Source of the DNA: Sulfurimonadaceae bacterium
Lineage (GTDB): Bacteria; Campylobacterota; Campylobacteria; Campylobacterales; Sulfurimonadaceae
Reading direction: 5' to 3'
DNA: 34,193 nt
NCBI GenBank assembly: GCA_041571435.1
Contig: JBFFUI010000022.1
Span: 1-34,193 of the forward strand
Position numbers and translations under genes: made by a program. Within the stretch, counting starts at the first letter, position 1. Each line of letters opens with the position of its first letter. Shown here one piece after another: positions 8,234-18,405 of the stretch. The notes under the pieces were generated by a model. That model did not search any database. It was not told where the DNA came from and saw nothing but the letters and a program-made list of their open reading frames with translations.

Positions 8234-9090
8234 GGTCTCTCCAGATATTCATGTGCCATATAGCTGCTGCGCGTATAGGGCGAGCTCTTGATGAAGCGAA
8301 ACCCCATCGCCGTACCGATCTCCCTGAAACGGTCGAACCGCTCGGGCGGTACATACTCCTCTACCGTCGCATATCCGGACGAAGGGGCAAGGTACTGTCC
8401 GATGCTGAGATAGCGGCAGCCGACATCCAGAAGGTCCTGCATCAGCGCGATCACCTCCTCTTCACGCTCTCCGAGGCCGAGCATGATACCGCTCTTGGTT
8501 GCGACGGCGGGATTGGCTGCGGCAAGGGTCTTGAGCACCCGCAGCGAGCGTTCGTACTTGGCCCCTTTGCGGACATGGTAGAGGCGCGGCACGGTCTCCA
8601 TGTTGTGGCCGATGATCTCGGCGCCGCTCAGGGCGATATCGGTCAGTGCCTGCAACTCCTCTTTGAGGTCGGGGATCAGGAGTTCTACGGTAATGGCGCT
8701 GTCCAGGGCTTTGACGGCACGCACTGTCTCGCAAAAGTGTCCGGCACCGCCATCGGCGAGGTCGTCGCGGGTAACACTGGTGATGACCACATGCCTGAGC
8801 CCGAGCTCCCGGACCGTTCGGGCGACATGTTCCGGTTCATGCGGGTCCACCGCCAGAGGTCGTCCTTTGCTGACGGCACAGAAGGTGCAGGCGCGGGTGC
8901 AGACGGTGCCGAGGATCATAAACGTCGCCAGCTTCTGGCGGAAACATTCACTGATGTTGGGGCACATCGCCTCTTCGCAGACCGTGTTGACCTGCCATTC
9001 GGAGAGAAGGGACTTCACCCCTTCGTGGGCACTCGGCGTGATCTTTTTGCGCAGCCACGCCGGCTTACGACTGATCGTGCTTGGCGTCAA
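8230..9090 (-). CDS. lipA: Lipoyl synthase
   Basis: CEEAMCPNISEC, CTRACTFC radical-SAM motif, RSSY. TTG start after GGAGG. Confidence 0.96.
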   Translation of the reverse strand: MTPSTISRKPAWLRKKITPSAHEGVKSLLSEWQVNTVCEEAMCPNISECFRQKLATFMILGTVCTRACTFCAVSKGRPLAVDPHEPEHVARTVRELGLRHVVITSVTRDDLADGGAGHFCETVRAVKALDSAITVELLIPDLKEELQALTDIALSGAEIIGHNMETVPRLYHVRKGAKYERSLRVLKTLAAANPAVATKSGIMLGLGEREEEVIALMQDLLDVGCRYLSIGQYLAPSSGYATVEEYVPPERFDRFREIGTAMGFRFIKSSPYTRSSYMAHEYLERP

Positions 9091-9859
9091 AATTCCACCT
9101 CCTTTGACTGTATTTTCGGGCCAGAAGTTTCCTGGCGCTTTGGACTTCCGAGAGGCGCAGGGTGTCGGGCATCAGTGTTGCGCCGAAGGTCTCGCAGAAG
9201 CTTTTTTTCATCAGGGCGGCAAGGGCCTCATAGGTCAGGGGACTTCCCAGCTTATGCAGCGTTGCCGCGTTGTCCAGCCCGGAGGGCTCCAGAAAAAGAG
9301 GCTGGAAGAGCGGCGCGTTGAGCTGCATCGGTATGGTACCGTGCTGAAAGAGCGCTTTGGCGGTGTGGCGCTGGGCATTGCCGCCCATCTTCTGCCCTTC
9401 GATCACAATATCGCAGGCCTCATTCCCGGCGAGGCAGATATTGGTGCGTTCGCTCTCCATGGCCAGCTCCTGCGCAAAGCGGGCGGTATGGCCCAGCTTC
9501 GCATAGAGTGCGATCAGAAAGCGGCAGAGATGGCGGTAGCTCTCTTTGACCCCGCGTTCTTTGAGCGGCGTTTTGGGCAGGATCAGGGAGTAGGAGAGGT
9601 CCTGCCCATGGACAAGAATGCCGCCGCCGCTCATGCGGCGGACACAGGGGAGTTTCAGCGCTTCCGTCTGTGCAAGGTCGACGCTTTTACGAGCGTTAGA
9701 GAAGCGTCCGAACGTCATCGACGTCTCCCATCCGTAGAGCCTCAATATCGGTAGATCACCCTCTTTAAAAGCGTTCAGAAGCGCTTCGTCGACGGCCATG
9801 TTCCAGCCGGCAGAGCACTCGCCGCTTTCGATCAGCCGCCAGGTCTTTGGTTCGATCAT
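9065..9859 (-). CDS. Lipoate-protein ligase family, single-domain LipM-like octanoyltransferase
   Basis: WRLI..NMAVDEALL, LRLYGW, VRRMSGGG, C..DIVIEGQKMGGNAQR, QHGTI. No LplA C-terminal domain. ATG 9859 after GGGGAG. Confidence 0.85.
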   Translation of the reverse strand: MIEPKTWRLIESGECSAGWNMAVDEALLNAFKEGDLPILRLYGWETSMTFGRFSNARKSVDLAQTEALKLPCVRRMSGGGILVHGQDLSYSLILPKTPLKERGVKESYRHLCRFLIALYAKLGHTARFAQELAMESERTNICLAGNEACDIVIEGQKMGGNAQRHTAKALFQHGTIPMQLNAPLFQPLFLEPSGLDNAATLHKLGSPLTYEALAALMKKSFCETFGATLMPDTLRLSEVQSARKLLARKYSQRRWNFDAKHDQS

Positions 9860-10002
9860 TGTCTCCCCTTTTGCACGATACACTTGACGTGCTGAAGCTT
9901 CGTCTTATCAGTGAAATGCGCCGTTGTATCGCTTTTGATTATATTATATGTTATTATAGGTTTAACCTTAAGCATTTCAACTGACTTTTTAAAGGATGTG
10001 CA

Positions 10003-11751
10003 ATGGTAGAGAAGAGGATCGAAAAAAGTACAGACAATTTAGCACGCCGCCCGAACCTTGTGGCGTATGAAAAGGCATGTAAAAGCTTTTCGTGGGAAGG
10101 GGTGGCCAAAGAGTTTGCCGGTCTCCCCTCCGGCGGGCTCAACATCGCGCACGAAGCGATAGACCGTCATGCCGACGGCCCCCTGGCCGAGAAGAGGGCG
10201 CTGCTATGGCTCGGCGAGAAGGGTGAAAAAAAGGTCTACACCTTTGCGCAGATGAAAGCGGAGAGTGCCCGCTTCGCCAATGTGCTTTCCGCGCTGAATA
10301 TCGCAAAAGGGGAGCGCGTCTTTACCCTCTCCACCCGGCTTCCGGAACTCTACATCGGCGCCATCGGGACCCTTAAAAACCGGAGCGTCCTCTGCCCGCT
10401 CTTTTCACAATTCGGACCCGAGCCCATTCTGCAGCGGATGCAGCGCGGCGATGCCCGTGTACTCCTGACAACAAAACGCCTCTTTGAGAAAAAAGTGCGC
10501 GCGCTGCTGGACAAGCTTCCGGAACTCCGCTATGTACTTCTGATCGATGCCGATATGGACGAAGACGAGCAGGTACGCTCGCTTCCCAAACTGATGGCAG
10601 ACGCTTCCGAACACTTTGAGATCGGGCCGACCGACCCCGAAGATATGTCCCTACTCCACTTTACCAGCGGTACGACCGGCATGCCCAAAGGGGTGGTGCA
10701 TGTGCACAAAGCCGTCTATGCCCACTGGACGACCGGCCGCTACGTGCTCGACCTTCATCATGAGGACATCTACTGGTGCACCGCCGATCCCGGCTGGGTC
10801 ACGGGGACATCCTACGGCATTATCGCGCCGTGGCTTCAGGGTGCGACCAATGTGGTCGATGAGGCCGAGTTCAATGCCGAGCGCTGGTACAGCATATTGC
10901 AGGATGAGAAGATAAGCGTCTGGTATACGGCCCCTACGGCGGTGCGCCGTCTGATGCGCATCGACAACGAACCGACAGAGGCCTACGATCTTTCGCATCT
11001 GCGTCTGATCCAGAGTGTCGGCGAACCGCTCAACCCCGAGGCGGTGATCTGGGGCGTCGAGAAGCTGAAGATGCCGATCCACGACAACTGGTGGCAGACG
11101 GAGACGGGCGCGATCATGATCGCCAACCTGATCTCGCAGACCGTACTGCCGGGATCGATGGGGCGGCCGCTGCCGGGCATCGAAGCGGCGATCGTGCGCC
11201 AGGAGGAGGGCAAGGTCACTGAGGTGACCGAAGCGGGCAAAGAGGGCGATCTCGCCTTCAGACCGGGCTGGCCTTCGATGTTCCGCGGCTACCTTCATGA
11301 CGAGGAGCGCTACAAAAAATGTTTTGTGGACGGCTGGTATATCTCGGGCGATCTCGCCTACAGAGATGACGAGGGGTACTTTTGGTTCGTCGGCCGCGCG
11401 GATGACATCATCAAGACCTCCGGGCATATGGTGGGCCCTTTTGAAGTGGAGAGTGTTCTGATGGAGCACCCTGCCGTCGCGGAAGCGGGTGTCATCGGCA
11501 AGCCGGACCCGATGATCGGGCAGCTGGTCAAGGCCTTTGTGTCGCTGAAGCCCGGTGTCTATGCGACGGAAGATCTCCGGCGCGAACTGATCGGCTTCGG
11601 GCGCAAGAGACTGGGCGCCGCCGTGGCACCCAAAGAGATCGAATTTCAGGAGAACCTGCCCAAGACACGCAGCGGCAAGATCATGCGGCGGCTGCTGAAG
11701 GCGCGGGAGATGGGCGAGCCTGAGGGCGACATCTCGACGCTTGAAGATTAG
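10003..11751 (+). CDS. acsA: Acetate-CoA ligase (AMP-forming, Bacillus AcsA-like)
   Basis: [46 protein letters not shown]. Confidence 0.92.
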   Translation: MVEKRIEKSTDNLARRPNLVAYEKACKSFSWEGVAKEFAGLPSGGLNIAHEAIDRHADGPLAEKRALLWLGEKGEKKVYTFAQMKAESARFANVLSALNIAKGERVFTLSTRLPELYIGAIGTLKNRSVLCPLFSQFGPEPILQRMQRGDARVLLTTKRLFEKKVRALLDKLPELRYVLLIDADMDEDEQVRSLPKLMADASEHFEIGPTDPEDMSLLHFTSGTTGMPKGVVHVHKAVYAHWTTGRYVLDLHHEDIYWCTADPGWVTGTSYGIIAPWLQGATNVVDEAEFNAERWYSILQDEKISVWYTAPTAVRRLMRIDNEPTEAYDLSHLRLIQSVGEPLNPEAVIWGVEKLKMPIHDNWWQTETGAIMIANLISQTVLPGSMGRPLPGIEAAIVRQEEGKVTEVTEAGKEGDLAFRPGWPSMFRGYLHDEERYKKCFVDGWYISGDLAYRDDEGYFWFVGRADDIIKTSGHMVGPFEVESVLMEHPAVAEAGVIGKPDPMIGQLVKAFVSLKPGVYATEDLRRELIGFGRKRLGAAVAPKEIEFQENLPKTRSGKIMRRLLKAREMGEPEGDISTLED

Positions 11752-11763
11752 AAGGAGTTGGCT

Positions 11764-12732
11764 ATGGATGTGACGTTAGCACGTGAATTTTACAAAATGA
11801 TGCTGCTGATTCGCCGTTTTGAAGAGAAGTGCGTGGAGCTTTACAGTGCCCAGAAGATAGCGGGCTTTCTCCATCTCTACATTGGTGAGGAGGCCATAGC
11901 AACGGGGATGATGCATGCGCTGCGAGCTGATGACGGTGTGCTTGGTACCTACCGTGAACACGGACTGGCCCTTGCCCGCGGTATTTCGCCAAATCGTATC
12001 ATGGCCGAGCTCTTGGGAAAAATGGAGGGGTGTTCGCGGGGACGCGGCGGCTCCATGCACCTCTTTGACGCCGAAACCCGTTTCTACGGCGGCAACGCGA
12101 TCGTCGCCGCGTCGTTGCCGATGGCGGCCGGGATCGCGCTTGCCGACAAGATGATGAAGCGAGACCGGGTGACGGTCTGTATTTTCGGTGACGGTGCGGT
12201 GGCAGAGGGGGAGTTCCATGAAGTGATGAACCTCGCCGCCCTCTGGCAGCTGCCGCTGCTCTTTGTCTGCGAGAACAACCACTACGGGATGGGAACGGCG
12301 CTGGAGATCGCGGAATCGGAGACAAACCTTGCCCGCAAGGCGGCCGCGTACAAGATCGAGGCTTCCCAGGTGGACGGGATGGATGTCATCGCCGTAGCCG
12401 AAGCGGCCGAATCGACGGTCAAAGCGATCCGCGCCGGTATGGGCCCGCACTTTCTGGAGTGTCTCACCTACCGTTTTCGTGCCCACTCGATGTACGACGC
12501 CGAACTTTACCGCGATAAGTCTGAAGTGGAGGCGTGGAAGAAGAAGGGACCGCTGAGTGTGTTTCAAAAACGCCTTGAAGCTGAGGGGCTCTGGGAGGAG
12601 ATAGATGTGGCCGGCATCGAAGCCGAGGTTGCAAAGATCGTCGATGAGGCGGTCGAATTTGCCGAAAACGGCACACTGGAGCCAATCGAAGAGCTGCAAC
12701 GCTTCGTCTACTCCGAGGAGGGCGCGCAATGA
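11764..12732 (+). CDS. pdhA: Pyruvate dehydrogenase-type E1 alpha subunit
   Basis: [21 protein letters not shown] motif [19 protein letters not shown] 11764 is better spaced from AAGGAG than TTG 11758. Confidence 0.9.
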   Translation: MDVTLAREFYKMMLLIRRFEEKCVELYSAQKIAGFLHLYIGEEAIATGMMHALRADDGVLGTYREHGLALARGISPNRIMAELLGKMEGCSRGRGGSMHLFDAETRFYGGNAIVAASLPMAAGIALADKMMKRDRVTVCIFGDGAVAEGEFHEVMNLAALWQLPLLFVCENNHYGMGTALEIAESETNLARKAAAYKIEASQVDGMDVIAVAEAAESTVKAIRAGMGPHFLECLTYRFRAHSMYDAELYRDKSEVEAWKKKGPLSVFQKRLEAEGLWEEIDVAGIEAEVAKIVDEAVEFAENGTLEPIEELQRFVYSEEGAQ

Positions 12733-13712
12733 GTGAGATGACGACCTACCGCGAAGCGGTGAGACAGGCGATCAAAGAGGCGATGGAGCAGGATGAACGG
12801 GTCTTTTTGATGGGTGAGGATGTCGGGCACTACGGTGGCAGTTATGCGGTCAGCATGGGGCTGCTGGAGGCCTTCGGTCCCGAGCGCATCATCGACACGC
12901 CGCTGAGCGAGTCGGCGTTTACCGGTGCGGGTATCGGCGCGGCCGTAAACGGCATGCGGCCGATTGTGGAGATCATGACGGTCAACTTCAGCCTGCTGGC
13001 ACTGGACCAGATCATGAACAGTGCGGCGAGCCTGCTTCATATGTCCGGCGGGCAGTTCAATGTGCCGTTGGTGATCCGTATGGCGACCGGCGGCGGCAAA
13101 CAGCTTGCGGCGCAGCATTCGCACTCTCTGGAGGGGTGGTACGCCCATATTCCGGGCTTGAAAGTGCTGACACCGGCGACTGTGCAGGACGCCTACGATA
13201 TGGTCCGCCTGGCACTGGCTGACCCCGATCCGGTGCTGATCTTCGAGAACGCGCTGCTCTATAACGCCAAGGGTGCGCTTGATACGTCAGCCGCTCCGCT
13301 GCCGATCGGCAGGGCATCGGTGAAACGAGAGGGCAAGGATCTGACTGTTCTTGCCTATGGGATCAACCTCTTCAAGGCGCTTGAGGCTGCCGAGACATTG
13401 GCTAAAGAGGGGATCGATGCCGAAGTGCTCGACCTGCGCACGCTGCGGCCGCTGGATGATGCGGCCATCATGGCCTCCGTCGCCAAGACCCACCGCGTGA
13501 TGATCGTCGATGAGGGGTGGAAGTCGGGCAGTATCGCTGCCGAGATCATGGCCCGCATCAACGAGCAGGCTTTTTATGAACTCGATGCAGCGATGGGACG
13601 GGTCTGCACCGTCGAAGTGCCTATACCCTACGCGAAACATCTTGAAGAGGCAGCGATCCCGCAGCCTGAAAAGATCGTTGCAATGGCGCGTCAACTGATG
13701 GAGGGAGCATGA
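12729..13712 (+). CDS. pdhB: Pyruvate dehydrogenase-type E1 beta subunit
   Basis: [32 protein letters not shown] overlap with pdhA. Confidence 0.9.
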   Translation: MSEMTTYREAVRQAIKEAMEQDERVFLMGEDVGHYGGSYAVSMGLLEAFGPERIIDTPLSESAFTGAGIGAAVNGMRPIVEIMTVNFSLLALDQIMNSAASLLHMSGGQFNVPLVIRMATGGGKQLAAQHSHSLEGWYAHIPGLKVLTPATVQDAYDMVRLALADPDPVLIFENALLYNAKGALDTSAAPLPIGRASVKREGKDLTVLAYGINLFKALEAAETLAKEGIDAEVLDLRTLRPLDDAAIMASVAKTHRVMIVDEGWKSGSIAAEIMARINEQAFYELDAAMGRVCTVEVPIPYAKHLEEAAIPQPEKIVAMARQLMEGA

Positions 13713-14830
13713 GCGAATTTACAATGCCGAGTCTGGGCGCCGACATGGAGTCGGCCGTATTGATGGAGTGGAAGGTCAAAGAGGGTGATCCTGTCGAAAA
13801 AGGGCAGGTGATCGCCGAGGTGGAGACCAGCAAAGGGGTGATCGAGATCGAAGTGTTCGAGAGCGGTGTTGTCGAGAAGATCCTCGTTGACGAGGAGACC
13901 GAGTGTGCCGTTGGGACGCCGCTGGCACTGATAAGAACAGAGAACGAACTGCCGCAGGAGAGAGAAGAGGCAGCGGTTGAAAAGAGTGCTCCGGAACCGG
14001 AGACGGAGCCGACAGAGCGGATCAAGGCGTCGCCGGCGGCGCGGAGAAAAGCCCAGGAACTGGGTGTTGATCTGGGTGCGCTCGCCTCTGGATCGGACGG
14101 TATTGTGCATATGGGTGATGTGAGCGTTACAGGCCCCGATGCTACCCATACTGCCGGCACATCCAAAGATGGGATGAGGCAGGCCATAGCCAGAGCCATG
14201 AGCCGCTCAAACGCCGAGATCCCCCACTACTACCTCTCCACGTCGATCAACATGTCACCGGCGCTGGAGTGGCTTGCCGAGCGCAACAGCCAACGGAGTA
14301 TCGAGGAGCGCATTCTGCCGGCTGCACTCTTGATCCATGCCGTCGTGAAAGTGCTGCACGAGGTTCCCGAACTCAACGGTTTCTGGCAGCAAGATGGGCT
14401 GCAGGTCAGCGAGGCAGTCAATCCCGGTATCGCGATCGCGCTTCGAAAAAGCGGGTTGATCGCGCCGGCACTGCTCAATGCAGAGCAGATGAACCTGGAT
14501 GAGACCATGCGGGCGCTGGATGACCTGATCACCCGCAGCCGAAGCGGGAAACTGCGCGGCTCCGAGATGACGCAGCAGACGATCTCCATCACCAACCTTG
14601 GCGATCTCGGCGTCGAACAGGTCTATGGGGTCATCTACCCGCCGCAGGTGGCTATTGTCGGGCTTGGCCATATCGTTGATTCGCCATGGACGGAGGGCGA
14701 TGCCTTGATGGTGCGTAAAGTGATGCAGGCGACCCTTGCCGGCGACCACCGCGCTACCGACGGGCGCACCGGAGCGCTCTTTCTTGACAAACTGAAGCGA
14801 ACGTTACAAAACCCAGAGGAGCTTTTATGA
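13709..14830 (+). CDS. pdhC: Dihydrolipoamide acyltransferase (E2)
   Basis: One lipoyl domain (VETSKG), ASPAARRKA subunit-binding domain, [12 protein letters not shown] catalytic motif. Confidence 0.9.
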   Translation: MSEFTMPSLGADMESAVLMEWKVKEGDPVEKGQVIAEVETSKGVIEIEVFESGVVEKILVDEETECAVGTPLALIRTENELPQEREEAAVEKSAPEPETEPTERIKASPAARRKAQELGVDLGALASGSDGIVHMGDVSVTGPDATHTAGTSKDGMRQAIARAMSRSNAEIPHYYLSTSINMSPALEWLAERNSQRSIEERILPAALLIHAVVKVLHEVPELNGFWQQDGLQVSEAVNPGIAIALRKSGLIAPALLNAEQMNLDETMRALDDLITRSRSGKLRGSEMTQQTISITNLGDLGVEQVYGVIYPPQVAIVGLGHIVDSPWTEGDALMVRKVMQATLAGDHRATDGRTGALFLDKLKRTLQNPEELL

Positions 14831-15069
14831 CCAAAGAGGAGATCATACGCATCATCATTGAAGAGATATTGGTGGTCGCACCGGATGTCGAAGAAGATGA
14901 GATAGAACCAGGCGAGAACCTGCAGCGTTCACTCGAGATCGATTCGTTCGATTTTTTAAAAGTGCTGACCGCCCTGAAAGAGAGATTGGGGGTTGAGGTT
15001 CCAGAGGCCGACTACGCCAAGGTGGATACGCTGGAGCATATGACAGAGTACTTTATGCAGCGGCTCTAA
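14827..15069 (+). CDS. Acyl carrier protein
   Basis: 80-aa acidic protein with IDSFDF phosphopantetheine-attachment motif and GVEVPE. ATGA overlap with E2. Confidence 0.88.
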   Translation: MTKEEIIRIIIEEILVVAPDVEEDEIEPGENLQRSLEIDSFDFLKVLTALKERLGVEVPEADYAKVDTLEHMTEYFMQRL

Positions 15070-15075
15070 GAGAGG

Positions 15076-15684
15076 TCAGTAGATAAGCGGGACGAAACGG
15101 AAGCCGTAGAAATCTTTCTGCGCGTAACGCCCGTCCTCCTGTTTGTAGATCACCGCGATCTCGTCTTGGATGGGGATCACCATGATACCGCCGGGGTTCA
15201 GCTGCCGGACAAGTTCCATAGGCAGATCTTGTGCCGCAGCCGAGACAAGGATCTTGTCAAATGTCTGCCCCGGCAGACCCAGTCTCCTTCCGGCGAGCTG
15301 CAGCCGGATGTTGGCAAAGTCGTAGTGGCTGAGATTGTTCTTGGCCAGGGTCAGCAGCTGCGGGATGCGTTCAAGTGCCGTGACCGAACCGGAGCTGACG
15401 GTATGGGCCAGCAGCGCGGTGGTCCAGCCCGAGCCACAGCCGATATCCATGACATCGTCCGTCTCTTTGAGTTCAAGAAGCTCCAGCATAAAGGCAACCG
15501 TATAGGGCTGTGAGATGGTCTGACCCTGACCGATCATCAGCGGGTAGTCCTCATAGGCCTGGTCCTGATAGACCTCAGGGACAAAGTCCATACGGTCGAC
15601 CGCGTTGAAGCTCTCGATAAGGATCGGCGAGGCCAATACACCGTGTTTCTGAAGATAGCGGGCAAGTTCATGATGCGTGTTCAT
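15076..15684 (-). CDS. pcm: Protein-L-isoaspartate O-methyltransferase
   Basis: AYEDYPLMIGQGQTISQP, DIGCGSGWTTALL, FDKILVSAAA, FRFVPL. Confidence 0.92.
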   Translation of the reverse strand: MNTHHELARYLQKHGVLASPILIESFNAVDRMDFVPEVYQDQAYEDYPLMIGQGQTISQPYTVAFMLELLELKETDDVMDIGCGSGWTTALLAHTVSSGSVTALERIPQLLTLAKNNLSHYDFANIRLQLAGRRLGLPGQTFDKILVSAAAQDLPMELVRQLNPGGIMVIPIQDEIAVIYKQEDGRYAQKDFYGFRFVPLIY

Positions 15685-15786
15685 ACAACTATTATACATC
15701 TAATCGTTCATGCATCCAAACAAAATGATGCTGAGATTGAAAGATCGACCGACAACAGCTGCTGTCACTTGGTATTAGTGCTGCTT

Positions 15787-15795
15787 TGATATAAT
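15787..15795 (+). promoter_or_regulatory. Extended -10 promoter (TGATATAAT) for the HD-GYP gene
   Basis: Exact TGnTATAAT about 40 nt upstream of ATG 15837. Confidence 0.65.
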
Positions 15796-15836
15796 ACGAG
15801 ATATATGAATATACTGCAAAACCGAGGATAGAACCG

Positions 15837-17063
15837 ATGCGTTACAGGCTCAATTTACGCGAAGTGACCTATGCCCTTTCCGAAGCACTTGACCTTGTCG
15901 GGATCGATGACACAAGACATGGCAAACGGGTAGCGTTCATGGCAGCCGCCTGTGCAAAAGAGGGTGGGTTTGACGCGCAGTTCATCAACGAGATAATCTA
16001 TATCGGTATGCTGCACGATTGCGGGGTCTCCACAACCGACGTGCATAAAAACCTTGTCAACCAACTGGAGTGGAAGGATGAACACTTTCACTGCGAACGC
16101 GGCGCAGCCCTCCTGGAAAAAGTGGGTCTGCTCAAGCAGTACGCTCCCGTTATCTACCATCACCATACCCACTGGGAGGAGCTGAAAACAGTTCCTGTCG
16201 ATGAAAAGACAAAGATGCAGGCAAACCTTATCTATCTGGTAGACAGGGTTGATGCGCTGCGCATTCAGATCGAGGGTGAAGACCTTGACAAAAAAGAGCA
16301 GATCGAACAGGTCATCGAAGAGCATGCGGAGCGTCTCTTCTCCGGTGAACTGATCGACTGTTTCAAAGCAGCGGCAAAACGAAACTCCTTCTGGTTCTAT
16401 CTTGACGACGGATCATTGGAAGAGTATCTGTTGCATTGGGTCTCTCAGGGGGAGACGGAAGAGCTTGCGTTTGAGACGATCAGAGAGCTGGCAATGATGT
16501 TTGCCGATATTGTCGACGCTAAAAGCCCTTTTACGGTGGAACACTCATTTGGCGTTGCCAACCTCTCCGTCTATCTTGCGCAGCGGCTGCAGCTGGACCC
16601 TCAGGATATTGAAACGATAGAGATGGCGGCACTGCTGCATGACCTGGGCAAGCTGCGTGTCCATGATGCGATCTTGAACAAAAATGACAAGCTCGACCAC
16701 ACCGAAGTGATGACCATGCACCGTCACGGTTTTGATTCCAATATGATATTGCGCCAGATCGAGGGTTTCAAAGAGATCGCCTATCTGGCATCGCTGCATC
16801 ATGAGACACTCGACGGCACAGGCTACCCCTACAGTCTAAAAGCGGAAGATATTCCCATGTCGGCACGGGTTATTGCGGTAGCCGATATCTTTCAGGCCCT
16901 GGTACAGGAGCGGCCATACCGCAAGGCACTGGATGCGTCGGAAGCCTACGCCATACTGAAAAACATGGGGGATGAGGGCAAACTTGACAAAGAGGTCATT
17001 GCATTGATAAATGATGATCTTGCAGCGGCGTACAGCAAAGCAAAATGTTTGAATATAAGTTAG
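15837..17063 (+). CDS. Tandem HD / HD-GYP cyclic-dinucleotide phosphodiesterase
   Basis: N-terminal LHDCG..HHH domain. C-terminal LLHDLGK, HHETLDGTGYP, ADIFQAL..RPYRK. Confidence 0.9.
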   Translation: MRYRLNLREVTYALSEALDLVGIDDTRHGKRVAFMAAACAKEGGFDAQFINEIIYIGMLHDCGVSTTDVHKNLVNQLEWKDEHFHCERGAALLEKVGLLKQYAPVIYHHHTHWEELKTVPVDEKTKMQANLIYLVDRVDALRIQIEGEDLDKKEQIEQVIEEHAERLFSGELIDCFKAAAKRNSFWFYLDDGSLEEYLLHWVSQGETEELAFETIRELAMMFADIVDAKSPFTVEHSFGVANLSVYLAQRLQLDPQDIETIEMAALLHDLGKLRVHDAILNKNDKLDHTEVMTMHRHGFDSNMILRQIEGFKEIAYLASLHHETLDGTGYPYSLKAEDIPMSARVIAVADIFQALVQERPYRKALDASEAYAILKNMGDEGKLDKEVIALINDDLAAAYSKAKCLNIS

Positions 17064-17112
17064 CGTCTGTGTGGGTTTAAAAGAGTAGTGTCTGTTTAGG
17101 GAGTGTAGAAGA

Positions 17113-17130
17113 TGCAGGCCGGAGCCTGCA
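17113..17130. terminator. Hairpin between the convergent HD-GYP and csp genes
   Basis: TGCAGGC-CGGA-GCCTGCA perfect 7-bp stem. Confidence 0.55.
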
Positions 17131-17142
17131 AAAGAGAAAAAA

Positions 17143-17361
17143 TTACAGTGGTGTAACGTTTTCTGCTTGAGGACCTTTTTGGCCTTCACCGATTTCGAAA
17201 GTTACTTTTTGACCTTCTGCTAGTGAAACACGACCGTGACCAGTGCTGTTTACTTGACGAAAGTGAACAAATACATCTGCTCCGCCATTGTCTTGTTGGA
17301 TAAATCCGTAACCTTTTTCATCGTTGAACCATTTTACAGTTCCGTTTTGTAATTCTGCCAT
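17143..17361 (-). CDS. Cold-shock protein (CspA family)
   Basis: [15 protein letters not shown] (RNP1), DVFVHF (RNP2), [11 protein letters not shown] 17361 after AAAGG. Confidence 0.96.
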   Translation of the reverse strand: MAELQNGTVKWFNDEKGYGFIQQDNGGADVFVHFRQVNSTGHGRVSLAEGQKVTFEIGEGQKGPQAENVTPL

Positions 17362-17556
17362 TACAGTACCTTTGTAGGAAAATATACACTTCAAATGAAG
17401 CGGAATCAAAATCGGGGAGTCTTCAGGTCTAGCAGATAATACTGGTTACACACTAAAGATGAACTCGAGCCTCATCTTTCATCGCTGGTATTATAGCTAT
17501 GTTTTGGCTTTAAAACAAATGAATGGTCAAATCGTGTGAAATTGTAATGCAATTGT

Positions 17557-17579
17557 GACAATGCCGAAAGCGGCATGTC
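17557..17579 (-). terminator. Hairpin downstream of the ankyrin gene
   Basis: GACA-ATGCCG-AAAG-CGGCAT-GTC inverted repeat just after the stop codon. Confidence 0.45.
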
Positions 17580-17588
17580 GAAGAAAGG

Positions 17589-18308
17589 TTACTTCAAAAG
17601 CTCCATAACGGCTGCGTTTTCGCTCTCTGCAGCGTAATCTTTGGCGCTCATCCCCTCTTCGTTCTTAAGCGAGGCATCAGCACCTTTGTCCAGAAGAAAT
17701 TTGACAAGCTCGGCATTGCCAAGCTCTGCGGCCAACATCAATGCTGTGATGCCCTCATCGTCCGCCGCATTGACGTTGATCGCAGTGCTCATCAACATTT
17801 CGGCAGTATCGGTGTGTTCGCCGATGATCGCTGTAAGGATCAATGAACCGCCGCAAGGGGATTTGACATTGATGTCGGCACCCAGCTTGATAAGGGCTTT
17901 CGCAGTCTCTGTATGTCCGTTTTCAACAGCCCATGTGATCACATACTTGCCGTTTTTGGTCTGCGTATTGATATCACCGCTGTGTTTTACAAGGTAGCTG
18001 AGAATATCTGTGTGCCCTTCGATCGCGGCATAGATGAGCGGACCGAAACCGCCGTTGTCTTTGACGTTGACGTCAGCCCCTTTGTCGACCAGAAGCGTGA
18101 CGACATCCATATGCCCCTCTTTGGCAGCCCACATCAGTGCTGTCGCATTGTTGTACTTGGAGTTGACATCCACTTTGGCAGTAAGCGCTTTGTTCACAGC
18201 GTTGATATCGCCTTTTTTGGCGGCTTCAACCAGCGCTTCATTGGCGAAAGCGGCTGTGAAAAACGACAGCGAGAAAAGGGTAAACAGGGTTTTTGAAAAA
18301 ATAGACAT
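17589..18308 (-). CDS. Secreted ankyrin-repeat protein
   Basis: Start at ATG 18308 (GGAG RBS), signal peptide ending AFA, repeated TALMWAA..GH.DVV.LL..GADVN motifs. Confidence 0.9.
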   Translation of the reverse strand: MSIFSKTLFTLFSLSFFTAAFANEALVEAAKKGDINAVNKALTAKVDVNSKYNNATALMWAAKEGHMDVVTLLVDKGADVNVKDNGGFGPLIYAAIEGHTDILSYLVKHSGDINTQTKNGKYVITWAVENGHTETAKALIKLGADINVKSPCGGSLILTAIIGEHTDTAEMLMSTAINVNAADDEGITALMLAAELGNAELVKFLLDKGADASLKNEEGMSAKDYAAESENAAVMELLK

Positions 18309-18405
18309 AGGAACTCCAGATGAAAAGATATGTTGTTCAATTATATAAACAATTTGCTTAACCGCACCACTTCTTGTGATGATACTTTCATCAGCGTCAT
18401 CGGAT

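Noticed and set aside
8251-9754. 356-aa and 384-aa plus-strand ORFs opposite lipA and the lipM-like gene
   Set aside because: Shadow ORFs of high-GC coding sequence. The minus-strand proteins carry all the motifs.
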